A DNA stretch of 64,000 nucleotides from Octopus bimaculoides (taxonomy: Eukaryota). The stretch is taken from positions 1,867,630 through 1,931,629 of the forward strand of contig NC_068982.1 of assembly GCF_001194135.2 (NCBI RefSeq), in the 5' to 3' direction. Every line of letters starts with the position of its first letter. Positions within the stretch are counted from its first letter, which is position 1. The notes beneath the pieces were generated by a model, which was not told where the DNA came from, did no database searches, and saw nothing but the letters and a program-made list of their open reading frames with translations. This document shows, one piece after another, positions 52,589 to 64,000 of this stretch. The translations under genes and the position numbers were made by a program.

Positions 52589-54619
52589 GTAGATTTATAG
52601 AGAGAAAGAGACAGATAGATATATAGAGATATATGTATGTATGGAGATTTATGCATGCGTGTGCATATGTGACATAGCTTGACGTTGTTCCCTTGTTTAC
52701 ATCTTGTAACGTAGGAGACCGAGAGAAGAAACACTATTCTCGCGACAAGTGCTGACGTCGATTTAATTGAATCAACCCTTCCAATTTTACCCCAGTTTTA
52801 CCTCAGTCTATTTCCAATGACTGATTTAAGCAAAAGAATAAAACATTTTTCAGAATTTATTTACGGCTTGACATTTGGAAAGAAGGAACGCTTGATTAAA
52901 TCAATCGTATAATCGCGAGAAATAGTGCGTGTGGAAGTCAATCCTATCAGGATTTGAAGTCTAACTAAATAATTTTATATTCTTTTGACTAACGTTGCAC
53001 GGACTCTTCCAAACATCGTCTCTGTCAATAAAACTAATAATAACAGTAATTTCTCCGTCAAACACAGAGACATTTTTTTAAAATATAGGAACAGTGGACT
53101 ACTTTGACTCAAATTCTTGATTAGAAATTCATCAACTCCCACATGATTTGAAACAAAATTGTTTTCAACAGGATTTTGAAATCAAAATGGGAAGTATCTT
53201 CATGAAATACCACAAGGCGCTATGTCAAACGTTCTAATGTTTGTGCTGACAACTATAATGCGAATGTATATAGTTTGGAATATGAAACATAAAAAAGAAA
53301 GCGTAAACCTTTGAATGCTTCCATGTTTTCTATCATCTAGTTACCTACATTACTCTGAATATCTACAAAAGTATTATTTTCCGACCGTTAACCTCATGTT
53401 TAGCGATGGACATCTTTATCTTATTTCAATCGTTCTCATTTCAGATTCCATAAGGCTTCTTTTCCTTGAATATGAAAGTTATCGAAGTTTTATCGAACTA
53501 CTTTCATAAAAATATTCTTAAACATGGTGCCACTAACTCGTATAGATTTAATGCTGAATATTCGGTGATTTAAATCTAAAATTCCCTTCAGCTAATTTCA
53601 GAACATTCCTTGCAGTATAGTGCAGTTGTAGTGGAATTAGATTCCAGCTCTACGTTGTGCCTAGGAAAAAACATCTGATTCAAAGGTGGGTGATACATGG
53701 TGAGGTAGAGGATTTTCGCAATAAAAGGAAGTATTTACATCTGACAAGAAGGCCTGCTTTCGAATCTCACTTTTGGGTTTGATGTTATAGTTGAATGTGT
53801 ATACACTGGTGGATGCATGAACACTGGTGAATGTATATACCTTGGCAATATATATATGCTAATATCAAACAGTGAGAATGACTAAGAAACAGTGTATTGA
53901 TATATGGATATTTCTGGGTTAACAAGGCTACCAATGGTTTCCTGTATAAAGGAATATCTTTCTAATTATCAAGCCTGCGACATGTGAACGTTAGTAGTTG
54001 TCTCTATTGAAAGGAGGCGAGTAAAAATATTGCAATGCAGCAGGCGTGAAAATTATAAAGAGATCCCTCATTTCATAGGACCATCGGTAGCCATTTTAAC
54101 CCGCAAATATGTGTGTGTGTGTGGGGGGGGGCGTGTGTCAAAAAAGCAATATCAATTCAGAGCTGCTGGACCAAGTTCAGTTCGAAGTATCAAGAGTATA
54201 AAAAGCTACAAAATGAGCCACGCTTTATCGCCATTTTCCACTTCTCTATCGTATGATCTCAAGTCACTACACTCCGAATATAGTAGAAAGGGAAAACAGA
54301 ACCAATTGATGGATGAAAGCCACAGCGCGGGATTTTTATATTCATATGCTGATTTATATTAAGAAAGAATATTAAGGTGGTAAATAGGTTTTCTGGAATT
54401 GGATTTTTTTTTTGAAAGAATTCTTTTCAAGTGGAAGTAAACACACAAGTTTTGCGATCCTCGAGTGTTGGACATTACATTGTCATTCACTGTTTCTGTC
54501 ATTGTTTAGGCTCAGAGTTATTTTCTTTGTCGGTTACACAAGAATATTTTTTAACATTTCTGAAGTCGTGTTCGTGACAAAATATTTTTAAATGATTTCG
54601 CGTTGTTCATTACTGTTAT

Positions 54620-54821
54620 TGTACAGACATGTATGTACACGTATATGTATACGTGTGTGTGTGTGTGTCTGTGTATGTGTGTGTATATATAAGAATGCGT
54701 ATATACTATATTCATACACACGTTTATATATATATATATATAGATATATATATATATGTACGTGCGTGTATTTGTGTGTGTGTATATATATCAGTGTACG
54801 TATATATTATGTTCATATACA

Positions 54822-54853
<32 letters not shown>

Positions 54854-55070
54854 CGAATATTTGTGTGTATGTGTATACCCTTATGTATGTGTACATATCT
54901 GTATTCCTTTCTGTTTGTGTGTGTGTGTGTGTGCGGGGGGATATCAGCACTTTTAAGAGTAGAAAATTTTGTGTTAGTGAAATTGACTGGGATATCAAAT
55001 TGTGGCGTTTATTGCTCAAAGAACGTGTATGTGTGTGTGTGTGTGTGTGTGAGCGGGAGAGGGAGCTACA
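54620..55070. repeat. Compound (TG)/(TA) low-complexity region
   Basis: Direct reading. Confidence 0.9.
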
Positions 55071-56397
55071 GTTAGTATTTCATAGTGGGAGACTTACTTT
55101 ACCTTGGGTAAATGCGATAAATGGGATTGTCTCAGATCATTAAAACATCTACAGCTGTTAATTGCTCACCGTTGTTTAAGATGCATTGCTTAGTGAGGGG
55201 CAATAATAATATTGTAGCAATACATATACACTAATATATAGATTGCAATATAGCCAGCTTCGAGTGTTAAATATCATTTTAGAAAAACAATAGAAAACAA
55301 TTAAGAAAAATTTTTCGTCGGCTGGCAAACAAGATGTTACTCATTGCCAAATTGCAGAATGATGGACCAAAACATGTGAATGCCAAAAACTTGAGATTTT
55401 GAAAAGTATGATAAATAATATATATATATTTCGTATGTGTATTTCGTGTGCAAGATTCTTGATGTGGATACGTATGTTGAAAGAAATACAATTAAACCTT
55501 GGGGGAGGCATTATACCGGTAATAAACACACGCACTGGTTCAGTCCTTTATTAATTTATATAGTTTTTTTGTTAAATTATTTCATTGCACTCTTGCAATC
55601 TCTTCAGTAACTTGTCTCTCCACTTCCATTTATTTTGAATGTATGATCTGGCGTTGTTTNNNNNNNNNNNNNNNNNNNNNNNNNNNNNNNNNNNNNNNNN
55701 NNNNNNNNNNNNNNNNNNNNNNNNNNNNNNNNNNNNNNNNNNNNNNNNNNNNNNNNNNNNNNNNNNNNNNNNNNNNNNNNNNNNNNNNNNNNNNNNNNNN
55801 NNNNNNNNNNNNNNNNNNNNNNNNNNNNNNNNNNNNNNNNNNNNNNNNNNNNNNNNNNNNNNNNNNNNNNNNNNNNNNNNNNNNNNNNNNNNNNNNNNNN
55901 NNNNNNNNNNNNNNNNNNNNNNNNNNNNNNNNNNNNNNNNNNNNNNNNNNNNNNNNNNNNNNNNNNNNNNNNNNNNNNNNNNNNNNNNNNNNNNNNNNNN
56001 NNNNNNNNNNNNNNNNNNNNNNNNNNNNNNNNNNNNNNNNNNNNNNNNNNNNNNNNNNNNNNNNNNNNNNNNNNNNNNNNNNNNNNNNNNNNNNNNNNNN
56101 NNNNNNNNNNNNNNNNNNNNNNNNNNNNNNNNNNNNNNNNNNNNNNNNNNNNNNNNNNNNNNNNNNNNNNNNNNNNNNNNNNNNNNNNNNNNNNNNNNNN
56201 NNNNNNNNNNNNNNNNNNNNNNNNNNNNNNNNNNNNNNNNNNNNNNNNNTGGGTACAACACAATAATAATACTACTGTTAACCCAATTGCCACTACGAAG
56301 TTGTTCCTGTAATAAATCTACGGATAACAACAGTTAATCGAAACTGTGGCGGTGCTTTACGCATCATCTATTTATACATTTTGAATAATTTCTCCAT

Positions 56398-56434
56398 ATA
56401 CATACATACATACATACATACATACATACATACA

Positions 56435-56470
<36 letters not shown>

Positions 56471-56478
56471 TATATATA
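56398..56478. repeat. (ATAC)n then (AT)n
   Basis: Direct reading. Confidence 0.95.
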
Positions 56479-58683
56479 AAATGCATTTCTCAATCTCTCA
56501 GAGAGATTTGTACAGTAGTAACACGATAAAGTAGTTGTGTGTTGTCAACTTAATGTGCCACTCCCATGAAAGGGAATAATACTACTGCTATTTGGCCCTA
56601 GAAAGCAGCACCGCTTCCTGTCGGCCTGGACACATTTCCTTTGTCCTTATGTTTACAAAGGGGGAGGTAAGCACCTCCCCTCAGCAAAGCCAGCATCCGG
56701 AGACTAGTTTCAGAGTCATTGCTCATCATCAGTCAGGAGTAGCATGGCTTGCTAGCTGTCGGTGTCTATGTGTCTTTGTAAACATATAATTCTAGTGAAA
56801 TACATTCACTGATTTCGAAAATAGAAATGGTACATCTGTCTGTCTGTCTGTCTGTCTGTGTGTTTGTCTATGCGTAAGTGTGTCATTTTCGCTCAACTAC
56901 TTTTTCAAGTGCAGTTGCTGATATTACTCAAGGAAAACGCTGTAGTGCTAATTGTAACAGGCAATTGTGTATGTATGACCAAATGTGTCTTTTTCTGTCC
57001 ACGTTCTCGTATTTACTTAACTATTTCCATATGATGAATAATTATATGTATATCGCTGTATCATATTTATTATGTATTTCCCTGTTTGTTATTTGCAGTT
57101 GATAAACTGAGTCAAAGAAAGAAAAAAAACGGATATTTTGTTATTTAAGGAGAATATGCATATGTAGATTCAGAATGCACAGCATGTTCGCAGTTATATT
57201 CTCTTGCGTACCTGATGGAAGTTGTAATGGTGGGGTTGATACAGTTTCAAGTGTCGTTTGCGCAAATAGACAATTCATTACACATTTGATTTGTTCATAA
57301 AGTAAAATGTGAAATGTTTGATTGCTGAATATCTTTTAGTCAATTTATGCGTACGATTTAAGAAGAAAGAGAATGGAGGTTCGAACCATACTCACAAGCA
57401 TGCTCGAACAAAAGGGCACACGCGCGCGCGCATGCAGGCAAAAACAGCTGTTTGAACCAAATTCTATTTCAGAGGATATTTTTTAGTTTTAGGGAACTTT
57501 AATTTCAACTAATTCTAGAAAGTGTTTTTCAAAAGATTCTTTCAGTGAAGGCGAATCGTCACCAAGTATTTTAAATGCGATTAGCAAATGCTTCATGTAT
57601 TTCAATTTATTCTATGTCGACCTTTATAAACGGTTGTGAACCCCGTATGAAGCTCAGTTTCAATGCGATTAAGTGAAAACTACAAGTGATCCAATATTTA
57701 ACTCAAGGAAATTGTTAATATGATCCAAGCTACTTCAGTCGGTGGCTGAGTTGAGTTGAGGATAAATTCCACATTCTCACCCATCAATCCCTCCTTTGAT
57801 TATGTGGTCGAAACATATCTATTGCACGCTGTAGTTATTTCCCAAAATGGTGGAGTCTAGTGAACGAATTTATTGCTAGCGTTCGGATATATAAACGTAA
57901 AAAGTTTACTCATAGAAGCGCGCGCACACGCACACACACACATTTATAGATATTGCATACTTACATACCTTAGACAGAAGAACATCTCCAGCTGCAACCT
58001 AAAATCCTCCTCCTTAGATTCTCCATGAACCATTTTTAGCTGTATTCTCCGAATAATAACGTTGTTACCAAGTGATTGTTTGAAATTAAATGTTTTATAA
58101 AATTAAGGCCTTAACTATGGCATCTAATGACAACATAATTAGATTTATTTCACAACCTTGACAGTGTAATTAGATTATCAGAGTTCCTGTTTTTCTGTTC
58201 CTTGATTTTTTTCTCTAAATGCCTTACCTCCGAGAGATGAATGTAGTTCATTTTCAATTTGGTAGAAGTTGAAGATACTGATTTGAAACGAAACATACAG
58301 CAGTCAAAAGATGTAGATTGTCGAAATGAGACAATCGAAATGGTTCAAGTGTATGAACTGTTATCTACAACTATGGCACTTGATCCTCAGCGGTCTACTC
58401 CGTCACCTCTATGTGTAGGAAAATGTGTAATTACTGCTTAGTGCTCGATGAGGAGCTGCACATTAAAAATGACGACCCTTTATTTAGTTTGTAGTATTGA
58501 ATTTGAATAAATCTAGAATTGAAATGAGGAGTACATTCCTTTTAATAACTCTATACAAGGGTGAATTAAGATATTTAGTAATACTCAACGGTTTAATCTG
58601 ACATGAAATTTTCCAACGGTATAATTTATATCTAATTCTTGTTTCCTCTACATTCTGAGTTAAGTTTAAAAATAGCAGCCAAA

Positions 58684-58693
58684 TCTCTCTCCC

Positions 58694-58773
<80 letters not shown>

Positions 58774-58778
58774 CTCTC
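58684..58778. repeat. (CT)n microsatellite
   Basis: Direct reading. Confidence 0.95.
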
Positions 58779-58974
58779 AAATCACGTTCTACATTCTTAT
58801 ATATTAGGGACTGAATGTATCCGAAAAACGACAAAATGACCGTAGCTCGAAGAATTTTGGTAATATGTGCTCTGGGTTAGAATGTAAGTGAGGGAAGTTA
58901 GCTCTGTGTTACTAGTCTAAATCTTAAGAAATTAACAGAATAATGTTTTATATATATATTCCAACACATCAAAA

Positions 58975-59470
58975 CCCCACCATCGCACTCCCACATACGC
59001 CACCCCTACCCTGACATCCTCACCCCAAACCCACTTACCAACACCACACATCACCCCCACCCCACATCATCACACCACCCCGTACACACTAGCACTGGCC
59101 ACATCCCAGCACCCACACCATCATCCACAGACCCACGCATTACAGACGCACACATCCAAACGTCAAGGTCACCAGCCTCTATCCACACACTCTCACATAC
59201 ACACGCACGTGCACCTTCGCTTTGGGATCACCAATACTTTATTATCTCACCTTCTTCCGAGCTCTCCTGTCCAACCACCTCTGTCCAGTCAGCCGCCACA
59301 ACTGACCGCTAGCCCCATAGCTTTTTTGTATTCGCTCTCTGTTTATTTTCTTGTGTTCCTTTCTGTTGAAGAGTATAGGCTCGAAACGAAAAAGACTTTC
59401 TCACCTTCCTTAACGTTAAACTAATACAGCTACCTTAGTCTTTTGTTTTTCTGTAAATTCCATATATTTT
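58975..59470 (+). mobile_element. Penelope-like 3' region/pLTR with hammerhead-like motif
   Basis: C/A-rich stretch then CCTTT-CTGTTGA-agagt-atag-gctc-GAAACG-aaaaagactttc (59358-59400), near-identical to 49952-49993. Confidence 0.6.
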
Positions 59471-59491
59471 GATTATTATTTATTTCTGTGC

Positions 59492-59770
59492 CCTTCTAAA
59501 GCCTAACCAGGCTCATTGGCCCGGTTTCCCGGTTTCTATGGCGTATGTGTTCCCTCCCCAGCTGGACGGGACGTCAGTCCATCGCAACGTTACTCGAGAA
59601 ACAGGAAGAAAGAGTGAAAGAAAGTTGGGTCGCCACCACCCCCTGCCGGAGCCTCGTGGAGCTTTTGGTGTTTTCGCTCAATAAATACTCAGAACGCCCG
59701 GTCTGGGAATCGAAACCGCGATCCTCCGACCGCGAGTCTGCTGCCTTAACCACTGGGCCATTGCACCTCC
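59492..59770 (-). mobile_element. tRNA-derived SINE family D
   Basis: rc ggaggtgcaatggcccagtggttaaggcagcagactcgcggtcggaggatcgcggtttcgattcccagacc (A and B boxes), body gatggactgacgtcccgtccag, tail catagaaaccgggaaaccgggcc. Confidence 0.88.
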
Positions 59771-60025
59771 ATAAATTCCACGCACACATTCCAAACATAA
59801 CAGCATATATAAATCAGTGTAAACCTATTTACTCTGACTAACTTCATCAAACCGGACTTGTGGCCACGAAAGTAGAGCAGAGGAATGTATCGAAAAGAAT
59901 TAGGTAAAAGCGTACCATAATATTTTCAACGGCGCCTGCGTCGGTGATACATAGAAACCTCACGTTTCCAATAATGGAATAATGCTGCCTCAGATATGCC
60001 GAAGGAAATAATCTATAGTCTAAAG

Positions 60026-60253
60026 CAATGGTTCTCCACCCCGGATCCCAAGGCCACATGCAGCCCTCAAGCATGTTTCTGAGGCCGTCAAGCGTCTTTC
60101 CGTACCCACAGGCATCCTTCTGCGTCCCCCGATACTCGTCTCTCTCTATATAATAACTACTTTCTGTAACTGATTTGTGTTTTACGCTTTTGGCTCGGTC
60201 TCCTAAAAATAACCAGGATCTGACCTAGACATTGAAAAGTCTGAGAAGCACTG
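60026..60253. mobile_element. Small non-autonomous hAT (Charlie-like) element
   Basis: Ends caatggttctcc and tgagaagcactg (imperfect TIR); ggccacatgcagccc subterminal motif; flanks gtctaaag / gtccaacc (5/8). Confidence 0.6.
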
Positions 60254-60599
60254 GTCCAACCCTATTTTATTTAAGTGAAAAATATGAATTGCAGCGGAGG
60301 AAACTATTAATCCTGAACAACAAGATGCCGGTGCAGTGGAGTATCATGTACGTCTCTTTCTCTGTCACTACTTGTGTGTGTCTCTCTCTGTCTTTCTCTG
60401 TTCGTAGACACATGTATATTTATTTATACATCAACTGTGGCCAAACATCAGTTGAGTGCCTCATACAATAATCTTCAAATCATAATCTATACTTTTTGGT
60501 AAGTGGGAATGCCAGATTTACCAGACTTTTATAATCGCTAGTTCTTGTAGATGGCCATCTTGGCTGCCTGCTTTTGAAAACTCCGCCAAATGTATTTGT

Positions 60600-62400
60600 T
60601 GTTTAAGCATTAAGAATTATCTCCGTCAGGTGTTTGAAAAGTACGATACATTGACATCATAAACTTAATTTCAGAATACAGAAATCCACAGCAGTATCTT
60701 GCAGTGAAAGTTGAGGACGATTTATTTCTCGAACTTGTTTTTCTACAATTTAATTATAAACTGTATTGTGTGAACCATCTTCAGACCCAGGTTGTCTTGT
60801 GATGCTATAAATTCCAATTCTATAGAAGATGATTTCGTATCCAGCGGTTTGAGAATTGGAAAACAAGCATTGACAAGTTAGTTGTGAATGGATTTGCAAG
60901 ACAGACTCAGGAGCTTACGCAAGTAATCAAATCCCGTCAGGAAATTATAAAGTAGTCATTGTAAATTATCTTTGTATTCTTTCAGTTGTTTTCTTTTGTA
61001 TATATATAAGAAAGATAATGAGATAGGAGAAACGAATGAAGTTTTTCGACAATATGTTTCTTTGAAAATTTCTTAGTTTATTTTGAAAGTAAAAATTACT
61101 TTGGTAAGATCACAATGAATATAATCCTTCCTGCTCTAGTGCTACTAATTTCAGAGTTTCTACCAATAAGGAACCTCAGATCTTACGTCTGTTCATCATT
61201 CTATTTTCGAGAATAATAACTTATATTTAAGGAAAGTAATAAAATAGCGCTGACTGACAGGCACCTCACAATGCAATTGAGAGACATCAGTGAACTTAAC
61301 TTCAAACGTCAGTTATTCAATAACATTTCTAAAATTCCGTTGAGTCTTTTGATTTAAGTATAAACCTGTCATCTTCTATGGTAGATTTCTTAACATCTTC
61401 GAATTGAAAGCATCTCGGTGCTAAATGTTTCAGAAGAATAAGGCAGTGGACATGTAGAAACTCTGGAGAGTTGGGATCACTTTACATCCCTTTTCCGACA
61501 CAATCACAGGTACTTCCTCACTTGCCGCCCTCACTATTTTCTTCGGTGGAATATTAGCCTCTGTTAGTTGTACTTAATGGTAGCAATTCAATTGTTTCTT
61601 AAACGCCATTAAGTTCAACATTTTGTCTTTCACATTTTGACTAAACATAAAGAACAAATTCTTCCAAGTGACGGTCATCTCCTTTATCAACAAATAAACG
61701 AGAAGTATTTTAAATGAAAAGCAATTTGCCCGTAAAATTGGATACAGCCTTCTGCAGTATGCTGAGATAGAGATGTCTTTGCTATTGGTAGCTGTAAGGT
61801 CAGAGTGTTATTTCGTTTATTTATGTGTATTCGGAGTATGGACATACTGACTGACCGCAGTAACACGCAACCCTGTGTTCTGTTATGGACTATGAACAGA
61901 GGTAATATTCAGTTACGTTTTAAACCTCAATTCAGAAATTGTATCGGCTTTTTCACTGATCGGGGTCAACAAATCTTTATTTATCAAGGGTTTTTATCAC
62001 AGTAAATTGGGAAGCTTTTATCAAAGTTTCCTTAAATCTGATTTATGCGGATTATCATTGAAGATTATTTGATGATTGGGTTTAAAGCTGTCTCACGTTA
62101 CTGGTCTGTAACGATAGAGACATGTGAACTCTAAAAGTTTACCTACTTCAATAGTTGATGCAAAAATTACCACCGAGGTTTCTTATATAATCTACATAAC
62201 GTCTTTTACTCAAATTTAATGAAACTATTTTTGGTCAAAATATTTTCTCAGTTATTTGAAAACAAAACTTGTATTCAAAAGGCACAATGTAGGTTCATTA
62301 GCATCAGGGATATCTCGCTTACTGCAAATTCAAATTGCTTTCATGTTTCACCATTTATTTTCAGCTCTCTTACAAACGTTTAAATGTCATTTCATAATCT
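60600..62400 (+). mobile_element. Possible decayed hAT (ZMYM1/TTF-zinc-finger type) transposase
   Basis: Fragmentary motifs DDFVSSG/ENWK (60830-60870), NRGN (61895), YWSVT.ET (62100); no open frame. Confidence 0.3.
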
Positions 62401-62662
62401 GGAGGCAGCAATGAAAGTTACGACGTTTCGTAGACGAATACGTCCATGTAAACAATGTGAATAAAGATAGAAAAAATAGGTAATGTGTTTATATGCATAT
62501 TTCACGAGCAATGACTTTCGAAATATGCATATACACCCATTAGCTATTCTTATTTATCTTCAATCGCATTGTTTATAGAGACGTATTCGTATACCAAACG
62601 TTGTAACTTGCTGTGCTGGCTCTGAATTTTATAGAAACTGTATGGAAATGAACTTGAAAGTG

Positions 62663-62694
<32 letters not shown>

Positions 62695-63010
62695 GTATGT
62701 GTGTGTGTGTGTGTGTGTGTATTTAAACGCCCGTAGACCCATCATCGCATCCTGATTGACTGCACTTACACGCAAATCTGTATGTGTTTTGTTACTTTGC
62801 CTGTACCCTATATCGCAAAAGTTGTACTCCTCATTTGTCAGTGAATAAAAATCGACTCACGTAAATATTGCTCCATCATTGAAGATACCATATTTTGACT
62901 GATGTAAAACCGATGTTTCAGCATGGCCTCAATTGTGATGGCGATAAGCAACTTGTATTACAATTGCATGGGTTTCGGTTTTATTTTTCTGTGTCTCTCT
63001 TTCGCTCTCT

Positions 63011-63047
<37 letters not shown>

Positions 63048-63720
63048 ATATAATGTACAGAACGCAAATGTGCTGTGTGTTTGTCAATAAGTACGTGTGT
63101 ATGTTTGCTTGTATTTGCTAGCATAATTCTCCGTGATTGAAACGCTTGTCGATTTATTCAATACACGATTGATAAATAAAATGAGAAAAACCTGACATGA
63201 TGATGTCAACGACTTTATTACTAACATGCTTGCTAACCCACTCCCAACCCACCCCACCCCCTTGTAGATCAAATATAAACAAATCATTAATTTCATTCCT
63301 ACACCATTCAGAATTTTCACAGGAAATTTCATCGTACTGCTATCGTTTTTATAATAATCTGTTATGTATTACACAACCTTGTGTGTGCGAGTGTGTGTCT
63401 TTGCATAAATCTTTCTCTCTTATTCTCTCTCTCTCTCTGACAGACATATATGTATATATGCACGTGTTTTGTATATGAGTGTATGTGTGTATGTAGGCAG
63501 TGGGTATGCACAGAAACCCTTTTTAGCGATCGGATTCCTTAGTACCACATCCTATTCTGCATCATAACGAGTACCGGATGACAGTCTCCTGGACGACACC
63601 TACAAAGTAACATGTAATTGATCAAGTGTTTTTATTCACTCATATAAATGGGAATTTATGGTTAAAGAAATATCACGAATAATTTAAACTGAGATGCGCA
63701 ACAGTTTTCTCCCATGACAG

Positions 63721-63794
63721 GAGAAGCTGGAGATTATAAATGGTGGACTCCTGGAATGATTGGAGGAGGAGTCTTTGTTGTGAGGTTCCCCTTG
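63721..63794 (+). other. Candidate exon or decayed LINE endonuclease segment
   Basis: ttttctcccatgacAG acceptor; EAGDYKWWTPGMIGGGVFVVR; donors at 63780 (GTGAGG) or 63795 (GTACAG). Confidence 0.25.
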
Positions 63795-64000
63795 GTACAG
63801 TAGACCTCGGACATTGATACGCGATGCTCATTGTGGTGTCTCATCTTCTGCAGACTATATTACGCAGATAGCAGTCTCGTTGGTCACTATTTATTGACGT
63901 GAATCCTTTTCTCTCAGCTAAGATATTCCAGAAGCATTTATGTCCCTTAAGAAAATTTGTTCCTCTTAAACTCTAACAGTGAGATTAATGTAGCAGTGAA

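Overview
Eukaryotic, AT-rich, repeat-dense non-coding DNA from a gapped draft assembly. The SINE families and extreme microsatellite density look like Octopus (inference from remembered repeat families, not a database search). I can support no complete host protein-coding gene, rRNA, true tRNA gene or CRISPR array; most ORFs in the track are microsatellite or N-gap translations. Identifiable content: a TIR-bounded Tc1 transposon, a decayed mariner, hAT relics, LINE fragments of RTE, CR1/L2-like and Dong/R4 type, several Penelope-like 3' ends carrying minimal hammerhead-ribozyme motifs, and at least five tRNA-derived SINE families. The most interesting items are (i) a tRNA-headed SINE with a Penelope-type hammerhead tail and inverted terminal arms, (ii) an RTE LINE with a complete twin-priming inversion signature, (iii) a family-level A6U hammerhead core variant, and (iv) near-consensus RFX X-boxes and isolated plus-strand exon candidates suggesting that the window may be intronic/regulatory DNA of an unidentified gene.
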